From positions 160,001 to 224,000 of IMG/VR virus record IMGVR_UViG_3300034126_000020: a stretch of 64,000 bases of DNA; one strand, 5' to 3'. The position numbers were made by a program, and so were the translations under genes. A model generated the notes under the pieces. That model saw nothing but the letters and a program-made list of their open reading frames with translations, made no database searches and had not been told where the DNA came from. This DNA is from a virus. Taxonomy: Duplodnaviria; Caudoviricetes. Each line of letters opens with the position of its first letter. The first letter of the stretch is position 1. Of the stretch, positions 44,533 through 55,170 are shown piece after piece.

Positions 44533-45825
44533 TTACTTGGATTTTTTGAGGACTTCGTTGGAGATGATGGTGATATTGCGATACACGTAGGACGCATGGT
44601 CCTCCATCATGGTGGCGATGGCCTTGCCCAGGAACATGTACTGCGAAACGCTGCGGCGAGCCGAGCGGTACAGGGCACGAAGAGTCCTCAAACGAACGAT
44701 GTTGTCGCCCATCTGCTTCTCGTCGTTGACAAAGCGATAGGAGTCGTCCATGTCGCCAGTCAGTCGAACAATTCGCTCAGACATCGTTGCAGCCATCTGA
44801 GCAAACTTCACGGTCTGGTTGTTCAGGTTGATAGCCTTGTCGACTACCGACATGAAACCACTCACGTCCGTCTCACCACCGGTGGACTTGACCTGAGCCA
44901 GTACTTGACGCTTGGCAGCGACATCGTTCATGCCTGCCACGCCGGTGACTGCCTTGAGAGGCCCACCGATACTGAAGCCGTGGATCTGTTTCTTGGCGAG
45001 TTTGGTCTTGAGACCGTTCTCGTCCGAGTCCTTGGTGGTGAACTTCCAAGGGTTGCCATCTTTCTTGAACTGCGGGAAGCCCCGTTTGTCCAAGAACACC
45101 GTACGGTTACCCAGCAAGTGATACGCCGTCAGGTCTTCGAACTCAGTGCGGTCAATCAGGTGCTCGTCGAAGTAATCGACCGCAGCCCGAATGGCAGCAT
45201 CATCGTCCTCGTTGCACGCTTCACGGAAACGCTTGGCCAGGTCTGTCGAGATGTCGAACAGTTTCTGGTAGTGCTTCATGGCCGTGTCGATGAACTTGAG
45301 GTCTTCGTCGATCGAACCCACCAACTTGACGGGTTTGTTGTCCCGAGTCAAGAAGGCATAAGAAGCAGCCGAATCAAGCAGTACAGGGCTGGCACTGATC
45401 GAGGCTTTGTTCTGGCTGATCTTGGACTTGATGTCAATCAAATCCTTACCGAAGGTCTTCAGGGTCAACGTCATGGAACCGAAGGTGCGTTTGAGTTGCT
45501 GCACCAGATCAGATTCCATGGAAGGACTGTTCAGCATTTCCATGGTGGCACGGATCTCATCGACCAATGCATCACCCGTCATCGCACGACCACGAATTAC
45601 GTCGTGGTGATCGGCACGCCAATCCAGGTAGGACTGCTCGGCATCCAAGACATCCACCACCGAACCGTCTGCCATGGTGAGCCGCTCGACACATTGCTCG
45701 AGGACCATGCGACTGTCAGCAATGTCTGCCATGTCGGAAATAACCGAAAGCGCAGGAGCCAGAGATGCCTCTGACTCCATTCGCTCAACAGCCCCCACCA
45801 ACGCTTCGTTGATGGTGTCTTGCAT
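44533..45825 (-). CDS. Head (inner/ejection) protein with acidic propeptide (430 aa)
   Basis: Acidic N-terminus ending at PSMES; adjacent to the protease. Confidence 0.7.
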   Translation of the reverse strand: MQDTINEALVGAVERMESEASLAPALSVISDMADIADSRMVLEQCVERLTMADGSVVDVLDAEQSYLDWRADHHDVIRGRAMTGDALVDEIRATMEMLNSPSMESDLVQQLKRTFGSMTLTLKTFGKDLIDIKSKISQNKASISASPVLLDSAASYAFLTRDNKPVKLVGSIDEDLKFIDTAMKHYQKLFDISTDLAKRFREACNEDDDAAIRAAVDYFDEHLIDRTEFEDLTAYHLLGNRTVFLDKRGFPQFKKDGNPWKFTTKDSDENGLKTKLAKKQIHGFSIGGPLKAVTGVAGMNDVAAKRQVLAQVKSTGGETDVSGFMSVVDKAINLNNQTVKFAQMAATMSERIVRLTGDMDDSYRFVNDEKQMGDNIVRLRTLRALYRSARRSVSQYMFLGKAIATMMEDHASYVYRNITIISNEVLKKSK

Positions 45826-46623
45826 TTACCACCTCCAGGCGCTAGGAACGTAAACCCGGATTGGGCGTTCGATCTCAGCAATGAGGGACATCATGTTGTT
45901 GCCGGATTCAAAGCCCACGCCTGCACCTACGCCGACTGGATTGGCCAGTGCTTCTTTACGCAGTGCATCAGCGTAGAAGACGGTTTCCAGTTCTGCTTCT
46001 GGCATGTGGATCAGACCACCTGCTTCAGGAGCCGATTCCAGCGAAGGAGTCGCGTACTTCGAAGAGTTACGAATGCCCGGTTCGTTCACGGTGTCCCAGG
46101 TTACGATCTTCTTCAAGAACTTGGTCTTGACGCCACCGACGATCTTGTCTTCGGTGAAGGACCGGATGGAGAAGCAGACGTTCTCGTCACGGTTCTCCAG
46201 TTGACGGTCAAACCAGGCACTCTCTTTACCCGATGCACGAACTTCGCCGAGCACCATGGTGATAGCGCGGCCACGTTCGTCCTTGGCAGGATCGAGCATC
46301 AGGCGGCGCATGTGGAAGCAGACGTTCGGTTCGAAGATGTCGTTCACACGACCAAACCAAGCGAGCTGGTTCATGCCAGTCTGGAAGCGCGGGTGACCGC
46401 ACTCGCCACGCAGGGCATTGTTCTGGTTGATCATCCGCATCAGGCCGGCAGAGCCTTCCATCAGTTGACGACCTTCACGCTCATTGTAGAGCCAGCCAGC
46501 TTCGTTGAATGCACCAAGTGCACCCAGACGAACTTCGTAGTAACCGTTGTCGAGCTTCTTCAGGTCCCCAACCTTATTGATGCCCTTCAACACGTTACAC
46601 TGATAAATGATTCTTTGGTCCAT
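45826..46623 (-). CDS. Prohead protease (phiKZ gp175-like)
   Basis: Catalytic His in GECGHP and Ser in CFSIRS, WDTVNEPG; C-terminal SLE autocleavage-type site. Confidence 0.9.
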   Translation of the reverse strand: MDQRIIYQCNVLKGINKVGDLKKLDNGYYEVRLGALGAFNEAGWLYNEREGRQLMEGSAGLMRMINQNNALRGECGHPRFQTGMNQLAWFGRVNDIFEPNVCFHMRRLMLDPAKDERGRAITMVLGEVRASGKESAWFDRQLENRDENVCFSIRSFTEDKIVGGVKTKFLKKIVTWDTVNEPGIRNSSKYATPSLESAPEAGGLIHMPEAELETVFYADALRKEALANPVGVGAGVGFESGNNMMSLIAEIERPIRVYVPSAWRW

Positions 46624-46633
46624 GGTGCAGTCC

Positions 46634-47365
46634 TTACGTTCGGAGTACCATCTCGGTCCGCTCTACGCGATCGCCAGGGTTGACAATAGCGGAGGTCATG
46701 CCTTCGTCGAAGCGGGAACCACTCAACTTTGCGATGGTATTAGTCGCACCGTAACTCACGTTACGAAGCGGGATGATGGTCGGCGGTGTATACCGGATGT
46801 CTTCGTAGGTCTCCACCGTTTGACGATAGTAACGACGCAAGTCGACTGTATCGCGGCAGATGACGCTGGCAATGATTTCCATCACCGTCGGGGTCTTACC
46901 TACCCGAACGCCCGCATGTTTCAGCGAGGTTTGGAAGATCCCACCGATCTCAGGGTAAAGGACGTACCAAGGCACGCGACCCTTTGCAATGATCTCGTCG
47001 TAAATCCGATAAAGCAGGTTGTCGATCATCACCAGTTCATCACTACAGATCACCCGATCTCCGGGTTCAAAGTGCATCTCGATGTATTCGACATCGTCGA
47101 TGACGGCAGTGTTGACCAGCGAAGGTTCACTACGGATGGGAGCACAGATACGGGACGCCATGTAATACTGGTCGTCCAACACTACGGCACAGATGCCAAC
47201 GAACGTGATTTCATCTTCGAACGTGGCCAAATCGCGCTGAGGGAACCGAGAGGGAATGTACACCTTCAACGGCTTTAGTGCCACCATAGAACCTTCGGCG
47301 GTTTTCTCCCAGGCTTTGTGGACACGGGCTGCGTCTCGGGTGAACTTACTCGATTTGATACTCAT
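46634..47365 (-). CDS. Virion protein (phiKZ gp176/SPN3US gp244-like), possible vRNAP-associated subunit
   Basis: 243 aa directly upstream of the protease, in the conserved protease-vRNAP block. The assignment is from synteny. Confidence 0.6.
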   Translation of the reverse strand: MSIKSSKFTRDAARVHKAWEKTAEGSMVALKPLKVYIPSRFPQRDLATFEDEITFVGICAVVLDDQYYMASRICAPIRSEPSLVNTAVIDDVEYIEMHFEPGDRVICSDELVMIDNLLYRIYDEIIAKGRVPWYVLYPEIGGIFQTSLKHAGVRVGKTPTVMEIIASVICRDTVDLRRYYRQTVETYEDIRYTPPTIIPLRNVSYGATNTIAKLSGSRFDEGMTSAIVNPGDRVERTEMVLRT

Positions 47366-47383
47366 AGCGAACTCTCGATGATA

Positions 47384-47404
47384 GCTGGAGGGTCACCCCT
47401 CCAG
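47384..47404 (-). terminator. Hairpin between virion genes
   Basis: CTGGAGGG TCAC CCCTCCAG. Confidence 0.45.
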
Positions 47405-47416
47405 CAGATGTGGGTG

Positions 47417-48769
47417 TTAAGCCTGGGCCAAGCCGAGTTGACGGCACAGCCAGAAGTTCACGTACTTGATGGTCGCCATCAGCGCCACTTCGCGTGGATC
47501 GGTGTCTGCGGCCAACGTGCTGCCAACGCGGTTCATCAGACGAATGAACGTCAGTGCGTCAGTGCGCGGGTAGAACACTTCACACACGATCTCGGTGACC
47601 AGAGTGTTCAGGTCATCGCAGTTGGACGAATTGACTTTACCAGTCAGCTCTACCAAGCGCTTGTTGGCATCGACGGCTTCGTCGCCCATGTCACGTGCAG
47701 CCAGTTCAGTACCGATCACACCGCGCAGTGCATCACGAACGATACCGGCCATCGAGGTTTGCACCTTAACGGCTTGCAGGTTCATTTCGCGGTTGTAGAT
47801 GGTTTCGAGAATGGTTTTGTTCTCGATCAACTGACCTTGGGTGAAACGACGGCTGGCCATTTCGTTGCCGATCAGGGCTTCAGGAGTCAGGCCCTTTTCC
47901 AGCAGCGCACGGTAGGTCTTGCCCATGACCACGATCTGGGTCAGGGATTCACGACCATCGGTGCTGTACAGAATACCGAGCTTTTCTTGCTCAGCATAAC
48001 GCATCATCGCACCGCGCAGCAGTTGAGCGCACTTGCCCAGCAGGCGGTTGACGTTGTCGTTGTACTCGACCAAGGTCAGGTTCACACCCGGCTCTGGTTC
48101 GTCGTAGATCGACTGCGCAGCGACCAGGACACCCGGGAGGTAATCTTGGTTGACAGCTTGCACACCAACGCGACCTTGCAGCACGTCCATGACGGCGGCG
48201 TAGCCTTCGTTGTTCTTCAGGCTGAGGGACAGGTCCAGTTCAGCATCGAAACCAGCCATGCCGGTCTTGACGAGTTCCTTGACGCGATCCAGCGTGACCG
48301 GAGCCAGGTTGCGGACCACGTAGTCCATCTGCGACGGCGTTGGGTAACGCTCAGCCAGTTGGCGCAGGGCAGGGTTGCTGTACACCGCAGGGATTTCACG
48401 CATCACCACGGAATAAGGCAGCGAAGCCTCGAGGCGACGGACATTGACGTATTCCTGCACCTTGCCAGCCAGCTCTTTAATAGCAGGCAGGACTTGGTTG
48501 CGGGAGATGTCATGCAGACGAGAAACCGATGCAGACGCCAGACGGATGATGTCGGCCTTGGCAATGCGGTGAGCGTCATCGCCAGCGCGCGATTGCAGGA
48601 CGCTGATGATGTCAGTGTTTTCGACCAGCGAGCGATCCACCAGAGTGTTGTCAACCGCGAGGGTCAACGACATCAGCGGGCTGTTCTGGCTCGGCAGGAT
48701 ACGAAGGCCGCGTTCATCCAGACGCTGAGCGACTGGGAATGCTGCCTCGATGGCGATACGGTTAAGCAT
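47417..48769 (-). CDS. Virion head protein (phiKZ gp177-like, 450 aa)
   Basis: Synteny; GAGG SD inside the upstream small gene. Confidence 0.65.
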   Translation of the reverse strand: MLNRIAIEAAFPVAQRLDERGLRILPSQNSPLMSLTLAVDNTLVDRSLVENTDIISVLQSRAGDDAHRIAKADIIRLASASVSRLHDISRNQVLPAIKELAGKVQEYVNVRRLEASLPYSVVMREIPAVYSNPALRQLAERYPTPSQMDYVVRNLAPVTLDRVKELVKTGMAGFDAELDLSLSLKNNEGYAAVMDVLQGRVGVQAVNQDYLPGVLVAAQSIYDEPEPGVNLTLVEYNDNVNRLLGKCAQLLRGAMMRYAEQEKLGILYSTDGRESLTQIVVMGKTYRALLEKGLTPEALIGNEMASRRFTQGQLIENKTILETIYNREMNLQAVKVQTSMAGIVRDALRGVIGTELAARDMGDEAVDANKRLVELTGKVNSSNCDDLNTLVTEIVCEVFYPRTDALTFIRLMNRVGSTLAADTDPREVALMATIKYVNFWLCRQLGLAQA

Positions 48770-48953
48770 TATCGCGACCCTCGATGACGTTGTTGATGTC
48801 CGCAGCCGCGATGGCGGCAATGGTACGGTCGTTCAACGGGGCACCGTCCATGTAACTGGAGATCTGGTTCCCTGCGACGTTCGCCACGATCTCAACGGAG
48901 AGGTCAATGGCATTCGCGACGAGCGCGAGGTTGTCAAAAGTAGTGGTGCTCAT
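48762..48953 (-). CDS. Small virion-associated protein (63 aa)
   Basis: AGGA SD; overlaps the downstream start; a small gene is at this position in SPN3US-like order. Confidence 0.55.
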   Translation of the reverse strand: MSTTTFDNLALVANAIDLSVEIVANVAGNQISSYMDGAPLNDRTIAAIAAADINNVIEGRDNA

Positions 48954-48990
48954 GAGCAAGTTCCTGTGAAATTTCGAGGCGCTGTAAAGG

Positions 48991-49024
48991 AAGGTCCGGG
49001 AGCCTCAATGGACTCCCGGACTTC
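48991..49024 (-). terminator. Hairpin after vRNAP beta
   Basis: GTCCGGGAG...CTCCCGGAC arms immediately after the stop at 49027. Confidence 0.5.
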
Positions 49025-49026
49025 GA

Positions 49027-52000
49027 CTACTTGGTATCGTTGCTCATCCACATCTCTGCTGCCTTCTCGCCGATGGCGCGTTGGACAGAGATAGACATGC
49101 CGATCAGCAGGGCCGAACTTACGATACGGTCCATGACCGACTTAGCGCCGAAGACGGCATTGATCCGTGAACCGGATTTGGTTTCGTTGACACCGCTCAA
49201 GCGATGACCAACTACTGTCTTCATCTGGTTGCAGAACACTGCCTTGTCGCCGACACCCATGCCTTCACGGTGAGTGATGTAGACTTTGATTGCAACGTGA
49301 TCGAGTTCCAGACCGTTCCCGTCAATGCGAAGGGATTGGTCGACCTGACCTGTGACAACCGGTTTGCCGAGACGTTTGGACACCTTACGACGTTGTTTGT
49401 CGTGGGCAGTGACCAGCTCCAGTAGCGAGTCCGACATGTCGTCCGGGTCACCATGGTAGAACACCTCGATCTTCGAGACTTCGCCAACAGCACCTGCAAG
49501 AGGTGCAGCCGAGCCCATCTTGCGAAGGGTTTCAAGGTCTTCGTCCGAGAACAGTCCAGCTTCCGCCGTTACAGCATCTTCAATCGTGCATAGAATACTC
49601 GAGATGTCCGTGTGGTCGCCCTGTTTAACCAGGTTACGGATGTGCTGCCCGAATTGCACGACGATGGTCTTGACCTTTGTTACTTCCGACCCAAGCTGCC
49701 CGGCCAACCAATCATCGATTGCCGAGGAGTCTTCCAGTGTGTAGCCTGCTTCCATCAGAGCCGTACGTGCGATTACCCCAGCCTTCCACTGCACTTGACG
49801 TGGTTCGAACCGGCTCGGCTTAAAGAAGCCCGAGTTGAATTTCAAGATGTCGCCTGGCTTGACTTTGTCACCCAACTGGAAGGTGGTGTCTTGCTTCTGC
49901 GGGTAGACCGAACCGGCGGAGATGCCGTACTGGGTGGTCAGGTCCAGATGCTCGAAGGTACCGTCATCGTACGCCACGACCATGTGAGTGTCGGTGCGTT
50001 CAATCACTTCACCCGACTTGGTAGCCGGGACAGCAAAGATCTCATCAACACGGTGGGCCAACACGTGGTCATAGCCGGTGGAGATTGGAGACTCACGATA
50101 ACCGTCCGAAGAGATTACGTGCGATTGCTGGATACCAATGAAGTTCACCCGCTTCGGGTCGTCTCGGTCAGCGAATGGACTGATCAGGGCGGAGGTCGAG
50201 ACGATGTTAGCTGCCCCATCCGTTTCCTTATCGTAAGCCCGCACCGTACCGCGCACACTGGTGATGTTCGCGTTAGGAGACATGTAGGTAATAACCGCCA
50301 CGTCGCCGGAGTCTACGGTACTTTCCGAGATGAAGCCAATGTCGGATTCCTTGTACAGACGCGCCTCAGCAGTCATCGACCGGCTACTGCGGCCACCACG
50401 GCCACCGTAAGTGATGATCTCTTTCTGCTTGAGGTTTTGGATCGGGTTGATGTCATCGACAATGGCCGAAGCCGGGTCTTGTACGATGTTAGTCCAGACC
50501 TCGTGCGGCTTCATGGTCACTTGCGACGTAGCACCAGCACCACGCGAGTTGTAGACCCGGATGGACCGGACCAGCTCTGCGTAGATAGCGCCTGGGATAC
50601 GCTCGTAACCTTTCGCACGTTCTTGACCATCAACCAACCCATCAGCCCCTTCAACCTTCGTTGGGACGTAACGGGTGACCAGCATTTCTACAGCCCGAGT
50701 CAACAGCGGAATGAACTCGGTCGGTTCCTTCATCCACTCAAGGACGCCTTTGGTGATCGGGTCGACCCACATGGCATTCATGAGGTCCAGTTCACGCAAG
50801 TAGCGCAAGCCGATGCCGTTGGCTTCCAGAATGTTGAAGTACACATCCTTGTCGTTGAAGCTGTGACGGGAGAACTGACGGACGGACTTGTGGTAATGGA
50901 GGAAGCCAGCAAAGATCATGCTGTTCTTCACATCACTCTTTTCCATGACCAGCGTTTCATCGAGGAACTTGATGGCGTACTCATCGTCCGACATCTGTAC
51001 ACGGGTACCCAACGGCACTGCCCGGTAACGAGCCCCTGTCAGCTCCAGCAGGCCTTTCAGACCGAGCAGGTACGCCAGAGCGATACCGACCGGCATGACC
51101 TTACCGAAGATGCTGATCTCAGCCATGGAGACCGGTGACTTGTCCTTGTTCAAACCAAGGATGTCTTCGATCTGACCCAGTTCGCTGACCTGGTTGTTCT
51201 TGCTGTCGACCAAGTAGAACGCGCTTTCACGGTCCACCATGATGTAACGCTGGCCACGACGACCAACCACCACCATACCCTTGTGTTCTGCTTCAAGGGT
51301 CTCGACCAACTTCATGTCGAACAGGCGGCTACGCTCACGGTTCTTGTAGTCGAACCAGTAATGACCGTTCGCCTCAAAGCTCATCACCCGGCTACCGATC
51401 ACGGTGTACGCAGTCGGCAGGTCCAGCGAGTAGTCTGCCACGTTGGCAATCTTCACGTTGGTGATGGTGGTGTCACCTGGGTCCATGCCTTTAGCGATGA
51501 TCTGCTTGGCAATCCAGTTGTCGTAGTTGAACACAGCACGTTGCGAACGCTCAACGAAGAGCTTGCTGTAGTACGACGTCAGGGCGACACGAATGGCGTT
51601 GACCTTGCGGATCGGTACATCGGACTTCTGAGTCCGCAGGCGATACTTCTGGCCGTTGGAGGTGTACGAACCACGCTTGTCGACCACTGGCACCCGGAAG
51701 GAGATAGTGGACGGCTTGCCGGTGACCGGAGTCAACTGGACCTTGTGGATCTCGTAGTGACTGACCGCATCTTGCACGGTCTCGATCTCGTACCCAGTTA
51801 CAGCCACACCCGCTTTCTGCACGGACATAACGGCGTTCAGGATGTCGGACTTCATCACCTTTTCGATGTACTGACTGTCCATCTTCTCGACGGTCGACTG
51901 TAGCATCGATTTGTCACGCACCGATTCCATTTCTGGATACGGCTCAGATTCCTGAAGAACAAGGTCTTCCTGCTTGATGTCCAAGGACGTCTCAACAGTC

Positions 52001-53415
52001 TTCGACTTGTCCCACGGGTCTGGCATCGTCTTGTAGGATTCTGCCAGCCGTTGCATCCGGCGATACTGCGCTGCCGTCAGGATGTCCTTCTCCACCAACT
52101 CGTCGATCTTGCTTTGGATCGAACTGGTCAGGGTGTGTTCAGTTGCACCGTCAGCCACGATCTGCGAGACTTGAGCCACAGGCTCTGCACCGGTCTCAAT
52201 GACCAGTTCACCGTCTTCGTCTTCCATGATAGCGTCGGAGGTAGACACTGCTGGCTCGTCCAAAGACTCGGCCAGTTCTTCTTCCTCTTCTACCAGCATC
52301 TCGTCAGCACCCAATTCCTTACGGGCCTGTGCTTCTTGCTGCTTGTCTTCTTCGGCTTCAGCGGCATCGTCAGCGGCTGTGACCTGTTGCTGCGCTTCAG
52401 CCTCTTGAGGCGTGATCACCGCGACCGGGTTGGTCTGATCAATGATCTTGGTCAGCAACTTCAGGAATCGCACCTGTATGATCTTAGGATCAAGACCTTG
52501 CCCAGCTTCCATCGACACGCCCATGTCTTCGTCAAGGGTTTCATCCCCTGCGTTTTCCATGGAGACGTAACGCTGGTAAGTGTCTTCGAAGTCGAAGTCT
52601 TCACTCACCGGTTGTTCGACGAACGATTCCATCGACACGCCAACGCCTTGCTTACGCCAGCCGTTGAGCAGGCCGAGGTTCAGGCTGATCCAACCAGCGT
52701 CCTTACGGATAACCAGTTCGATCTCACTCAGGCGTGACTCATCCAGCTTGGCCATCGGTGCACGTTGACGGTTCTCACCCAACCAGATAAACAGGTCGAG
52801 CAAGTCCAGACGTTCACGCGTGTTGAACACCTGCATCAGCGTCGGAGTCATGCCCCGTTCAGCTTTACGCAGGTCAGACAACGCTGGCAGGGTCTGAGGC
52901 AGATCAAACAGGATGATGTGATGCCGTTCGTGTTCAGTCTTCAACTGATTGAACCGATCCCACTGAGTGGTCCTGAGGTTGCGCCAGTTCCACCAGCGAC
53001 TCAAGGCCGACCGTTGATACTTGTACATCTGCGCGACCATGGCGTAGTTGACTACGAGCATGTTCAGGGGTTCTTTTGCCGCTGCTTCATAATCCCGCAT
53101 TGGGCGGATGGTCATGTTCTCGCGACGGTACTGCTGCATCATTGGAGCGAGTTGCTTGAACGTGGAACGAGGGTTACCCTCCTTCGATAGCAGGTCAGGG
53201 ACATGGTCAATGAAGATCAGTCGCTGAGCCGCTTGAATGATCTGGCTGCCAGCAGCCGGACCCAGTTCGGTTTCATTCATCGGCATGTAGTGGACGTTGG
53301 CACCACGAGGCAAACCGAATCGTGCGATTGGTCTTACTCGTGGGTTCTCCAACTCTCCTAGCCTACGGATGCCGAACAGTTTCATGTAGCGGTCATACAG
53401 AAACATTACGGCCAT
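49027..53415 (-). CDS. Virion RNA polymerase beta subunit (phiKZ gp178-like, 1462 aa)
   Basis: RNAP beta motifs (GGRGGRS, FADRDDPKRVNFIGIQQ, GDKAVFCNQMK), N-terminal extension, synteny. Confidence 0.9.
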   Translation of the reverse strand: MAVMFLYDRYMKLFGIRRLGELENPRVRPIARFGLPRGANVHYMPMNETELGPAAGSQIIQAAQRLIFIDHVPDLLSKEGNPRSTFKQLAPMMQQYRRENMTIRPMRDYEAAAKEPLNMLVVNYAMVAQMYKYQRSALSRWWNWRNLRTTQWDRFNQLKTEHERHHIILFDLPQTLPALSDLRKAERGMTPTLMQVFNTRERLDLLDLFIWLGENRQRAPMAKLDESRLSEIELVIRKDAGWISLNLGLLNGWRKQGVGVSMESFVEQPVSEDFDFEDTYQRYVSMENAGDETLDEDMGVSMEAGQGLDPKIIQVRFLKLLTKIIDQTNPVAVITPQEAEAQQQVTAADDAAEAEEDKQQEAQARKELGADEMLVEEEEELAESLDEPAVSTSDAIMEDEDGELVIETGAEPVAQVSQIVADGATEHTLTSSIQSKIDELVEKDILTAAQYRRMQRLAESYKTMPDPWDKSKTVETSLDIKQEDLVLQESEPYPEMESVRDKSMLQSTVEKMDSQYIEKVMKSDILNAVMSVQKAGVAVTGYEIETVQDAVSHYEIHKVQLTPVTGKPSTISFRVPVVDKRGSYTSNGQKYRLRTQKSDVPIRKVNAIRVALTSYYSKLFVERSQRAVFNYDNWIAKQIIAKGMDPGDTTITNVKIANVADYSLDLPTAYTVIGSRVMSFEANGHYWFDYKNRERSRLFDMKLVETLEAEHKGMVVVGRRGQRYIMVDRESAFYLVDSKNNQVSELGQIEDILGLNKDKSPVSMAEISIFGKVMPVGIALAYLLGLKGLLELTGARYRAVPLGTRVQMSDDEYAIKFLDETLVMEKSDVKNSMIFAGFLHYHKSVRQFSRHSFNDKDVYFNILEANGIGLRYLRELDLMNAMWVDPITKGVLEWMKEPTEFIPLLTRAVEMLVTRYVPTKVEGADGLVDGQERAKGYERIPGAIYAELVRSIRVYNSRGAGATSQVTMKPHEVWTNIVQDPASAIVDDINPIQNLKQKEIITYGGRGGRSSRSMTAEARLYKESDIGFISESTVDSGDVAVITYMSPNANITSVRGTVRAYDKETDGAANIVSTSALISPFADRDDPKRVNFIGIQQSHVISSDGYRESPISTGYDHVLAHRVDEIFAVPATKSGEVIERTDTHMVVAYDDGTFEHLDLTTQYGISAGSVYPQKQDTTFQLGDKVKPGDILKFNSGFFKPSRFEPRQVQWKAGVIARTALMEAGYTLEDSSAIDDWLAGQLGSEVTKVKTIVVQFGQHIRNLVKQGDHTDISSILCTIEDAVTAEAGLFSDEDLETLRKMGSAAPLAGAVGEVSKIEVFYHGDPDDMSDSLLELVTAHDKQRRKVSKRLGKPVVTGQVDQSLRIDGNGLELDHVAIKVYITHREGMGVGDKAVFCNQMKTVVGHRLSGVNETKSGSRINAVFGAKSVMDRIVSSALLIGMSISVQRAIGEKAAEMWMSNDTK

Positions 53416-55087
53416 GTTTGAATCGTCCTGTCAGGTTGGTTACGACGTACTTGATGGTGTCGTAGTCGTAGGAGGATGTGAGGTTGCCCCCTGCATCGAT
53501 CCAGTGGTTACGTGACCTGAGGATACGGTCATTCTCAACCAGAGCCTCTTTAGACATTACCAGTGTTGCTGAGCCAGTGTCACCATCGAAGTCCGCTGCC
53601 AACCCAACCAATTTGGTCGAGTGTGGGGACTGAGTGTCCATAAAGGACGTCGATCCCGTTTTAGGGAACTCTTGCGCCACATGCTCGTCATCGTCGTACG
53701 GTTGCCAGTTGTCATCGAGCTCTACTCGACGTTCACCGACCACAGTCGTCTTGACGTACACACGGCTTGGGTAGATGGACCCTAGACCCGAGATCGGGTA
53801 ACGACAGATCTGTGCATAGTAGCGGTTCCAGTATTGGTAACCACACAGGTACAGCAGTTCCACGAGGTTGATCGGGTGCACGTCATTGCGGTTCAAGTGA
53901 GCCGGCATGTCGTGGATGTCGAAGAACACCTTGAACGTGTTGTCCGGGCCTTTGTAGATGAGGGCCAAGTAATGACCTTCGATCTCAACCGGCCGTGTCC
54001 GCATCTCCGTCATCTGGTAACGGTCGATCACGCTGGTCAGACCATCACGGGTCGACCATTGGTCTCGGGTGTCTGGCGAGAGACTCACCCACGCTGGACG
54101 CAGGGTCTTCGGATCGATCAATTGAGCCTGACCTTCCCCGTTCTGAATCAGGTGCCCGAAGGTCCGACGCATGTGGTGAAGGGTCAATGGAGTCAGGCCT
54201 TTGATAACCTGGAACAACCCGAGGGTCGTGCTATCGAACCCTGGAGCGTTGGTGTCGTTGAGGTTGGCAATGGACGTATCCATCACGGTCAACACGTTCC
54301 GCGTACCGTAGACCACTTTACGAGAGGCCCACTTGTCCAAGATGAAACCGTTCTTACCTGCCAACATGCCTTCAATGAGGTCGTAGATCTCAGAGAGGGT
54401 ATTGGTCAGCGCGTTCCGGGCAATGTTGAGTGCCGGAGATTCCATGTCGCTGGTGATCGGGATCGTGTTGGAGATCGACAGTGCACGGTAGTACAAGTCG
54501 TGGATCTCGTTCTTGGTGGTCACGCCGTTATCATCGACTTCGATGTCACGCATACCAGCAGGCAACACAGGGATGAATCGAGTCAGGGCAAACTCACGCC
54601 ACTTCTCGATGAATTCCACCCGAATACGACGGGTCGGTGATTTGGACTTACGCAGTTCCAGCTGTGGGAAGTGCTTCACGAAGAAGCTGTAGCCAGTCTC
54701 GGCCTTCTCAGAACTGTCAGCGATGAAGTCTTTGGTCACCGGGTCAAAGATAGCTGTCTCACGACCGGACACAATGCCGCGGTAGATAGACTTCAGACTC
54801 ATGAGGTCACGGAAGATCTTCGGATGGAAGATTTGGACCTTCAAGTCGATGTAAGAAAACGCACCATCACGCTCATCAGAACCCACACGTCCGAAGATGG
54901 TGGTGGAGTACAGACCTTGGTCATGGAACTCAGCGCTGGCCCCGTCATAAATGTCGAGACTGGTGACGGGGGTCATGCGTGCGACACGTTCACGTGTGAG
55001 CACCATGGGCCAAACCTTGGCTGGAGTCTGGGCGTATCTAATGCCCGAGCCAGAGTCCGTCATGAGACTCCTTGCTTCAGTGGTCAT
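53393..55087 (-). CDS. Virion RNA polymerase beta-prime subunit, N-terminal part (phiKZ gp180-like)
   Basis: GLYSTTIFGR, HPKIF, PVLPAGMRD and catalytic AADFDGD; start placed at ATG 55087, uncertain. Confidence 0.9.
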   Translation of the reverse strand: MTTEARSLMTDSGSGIRYAQTPAKVWPMVLTRERVARMTPVTSLDIYDGASAEFHDQGLYSTTIFGRVGSDERDGAFSYIDLKVQIFHPKIFRDLMSLKSIYRGIVSGRETAIFDPVTKDFIADSSEKAETGYSFFVKHFPQLELRKSKSPTRRIRVEFIEKWREFALTRFIPVLPAGMRDIEVDDNGVTTKNEIHDLYYRALSISNTIPITSDMESPALNIARNALTNTLSEIYDLIEGMLAGKNGFILDKWASRKVVYGTRNVLTVMDTSIANLNDTNAPGFDSTTLGLFQVIKGLTPLTLHHMRRTFGHLIQNGEGQAQLIDPKTLRPAWVSLSPDTRDQWSTRDGLTSVIDRYQMTEMRTRPVEIEGHYLALIYKGPDNTFKVFFDIHDMPAHLNRNDVHPINLVELLYLCGYQYWNRYYAQICRYPISGLGSIYPSRVYVKTTVVGERRVELDDNWQPYDDDEHVAQEFPKTGSTSFMDTQSPHSTKLVGLAADFDGDTGSATLVMSKEALVENDRILRSRNHWIDAGGNLTSSYDYDTIKYVVTNLTGRFKHGRNVSV

Positions 55088-55170
55088 AAATGCTTCCCGT
55101 AAGTTTAGGAGTCGTTTCGACAGTTGGTATGAAGGAGGCTTAGTATAATAAGCCAATTTGGAGAATTTCG

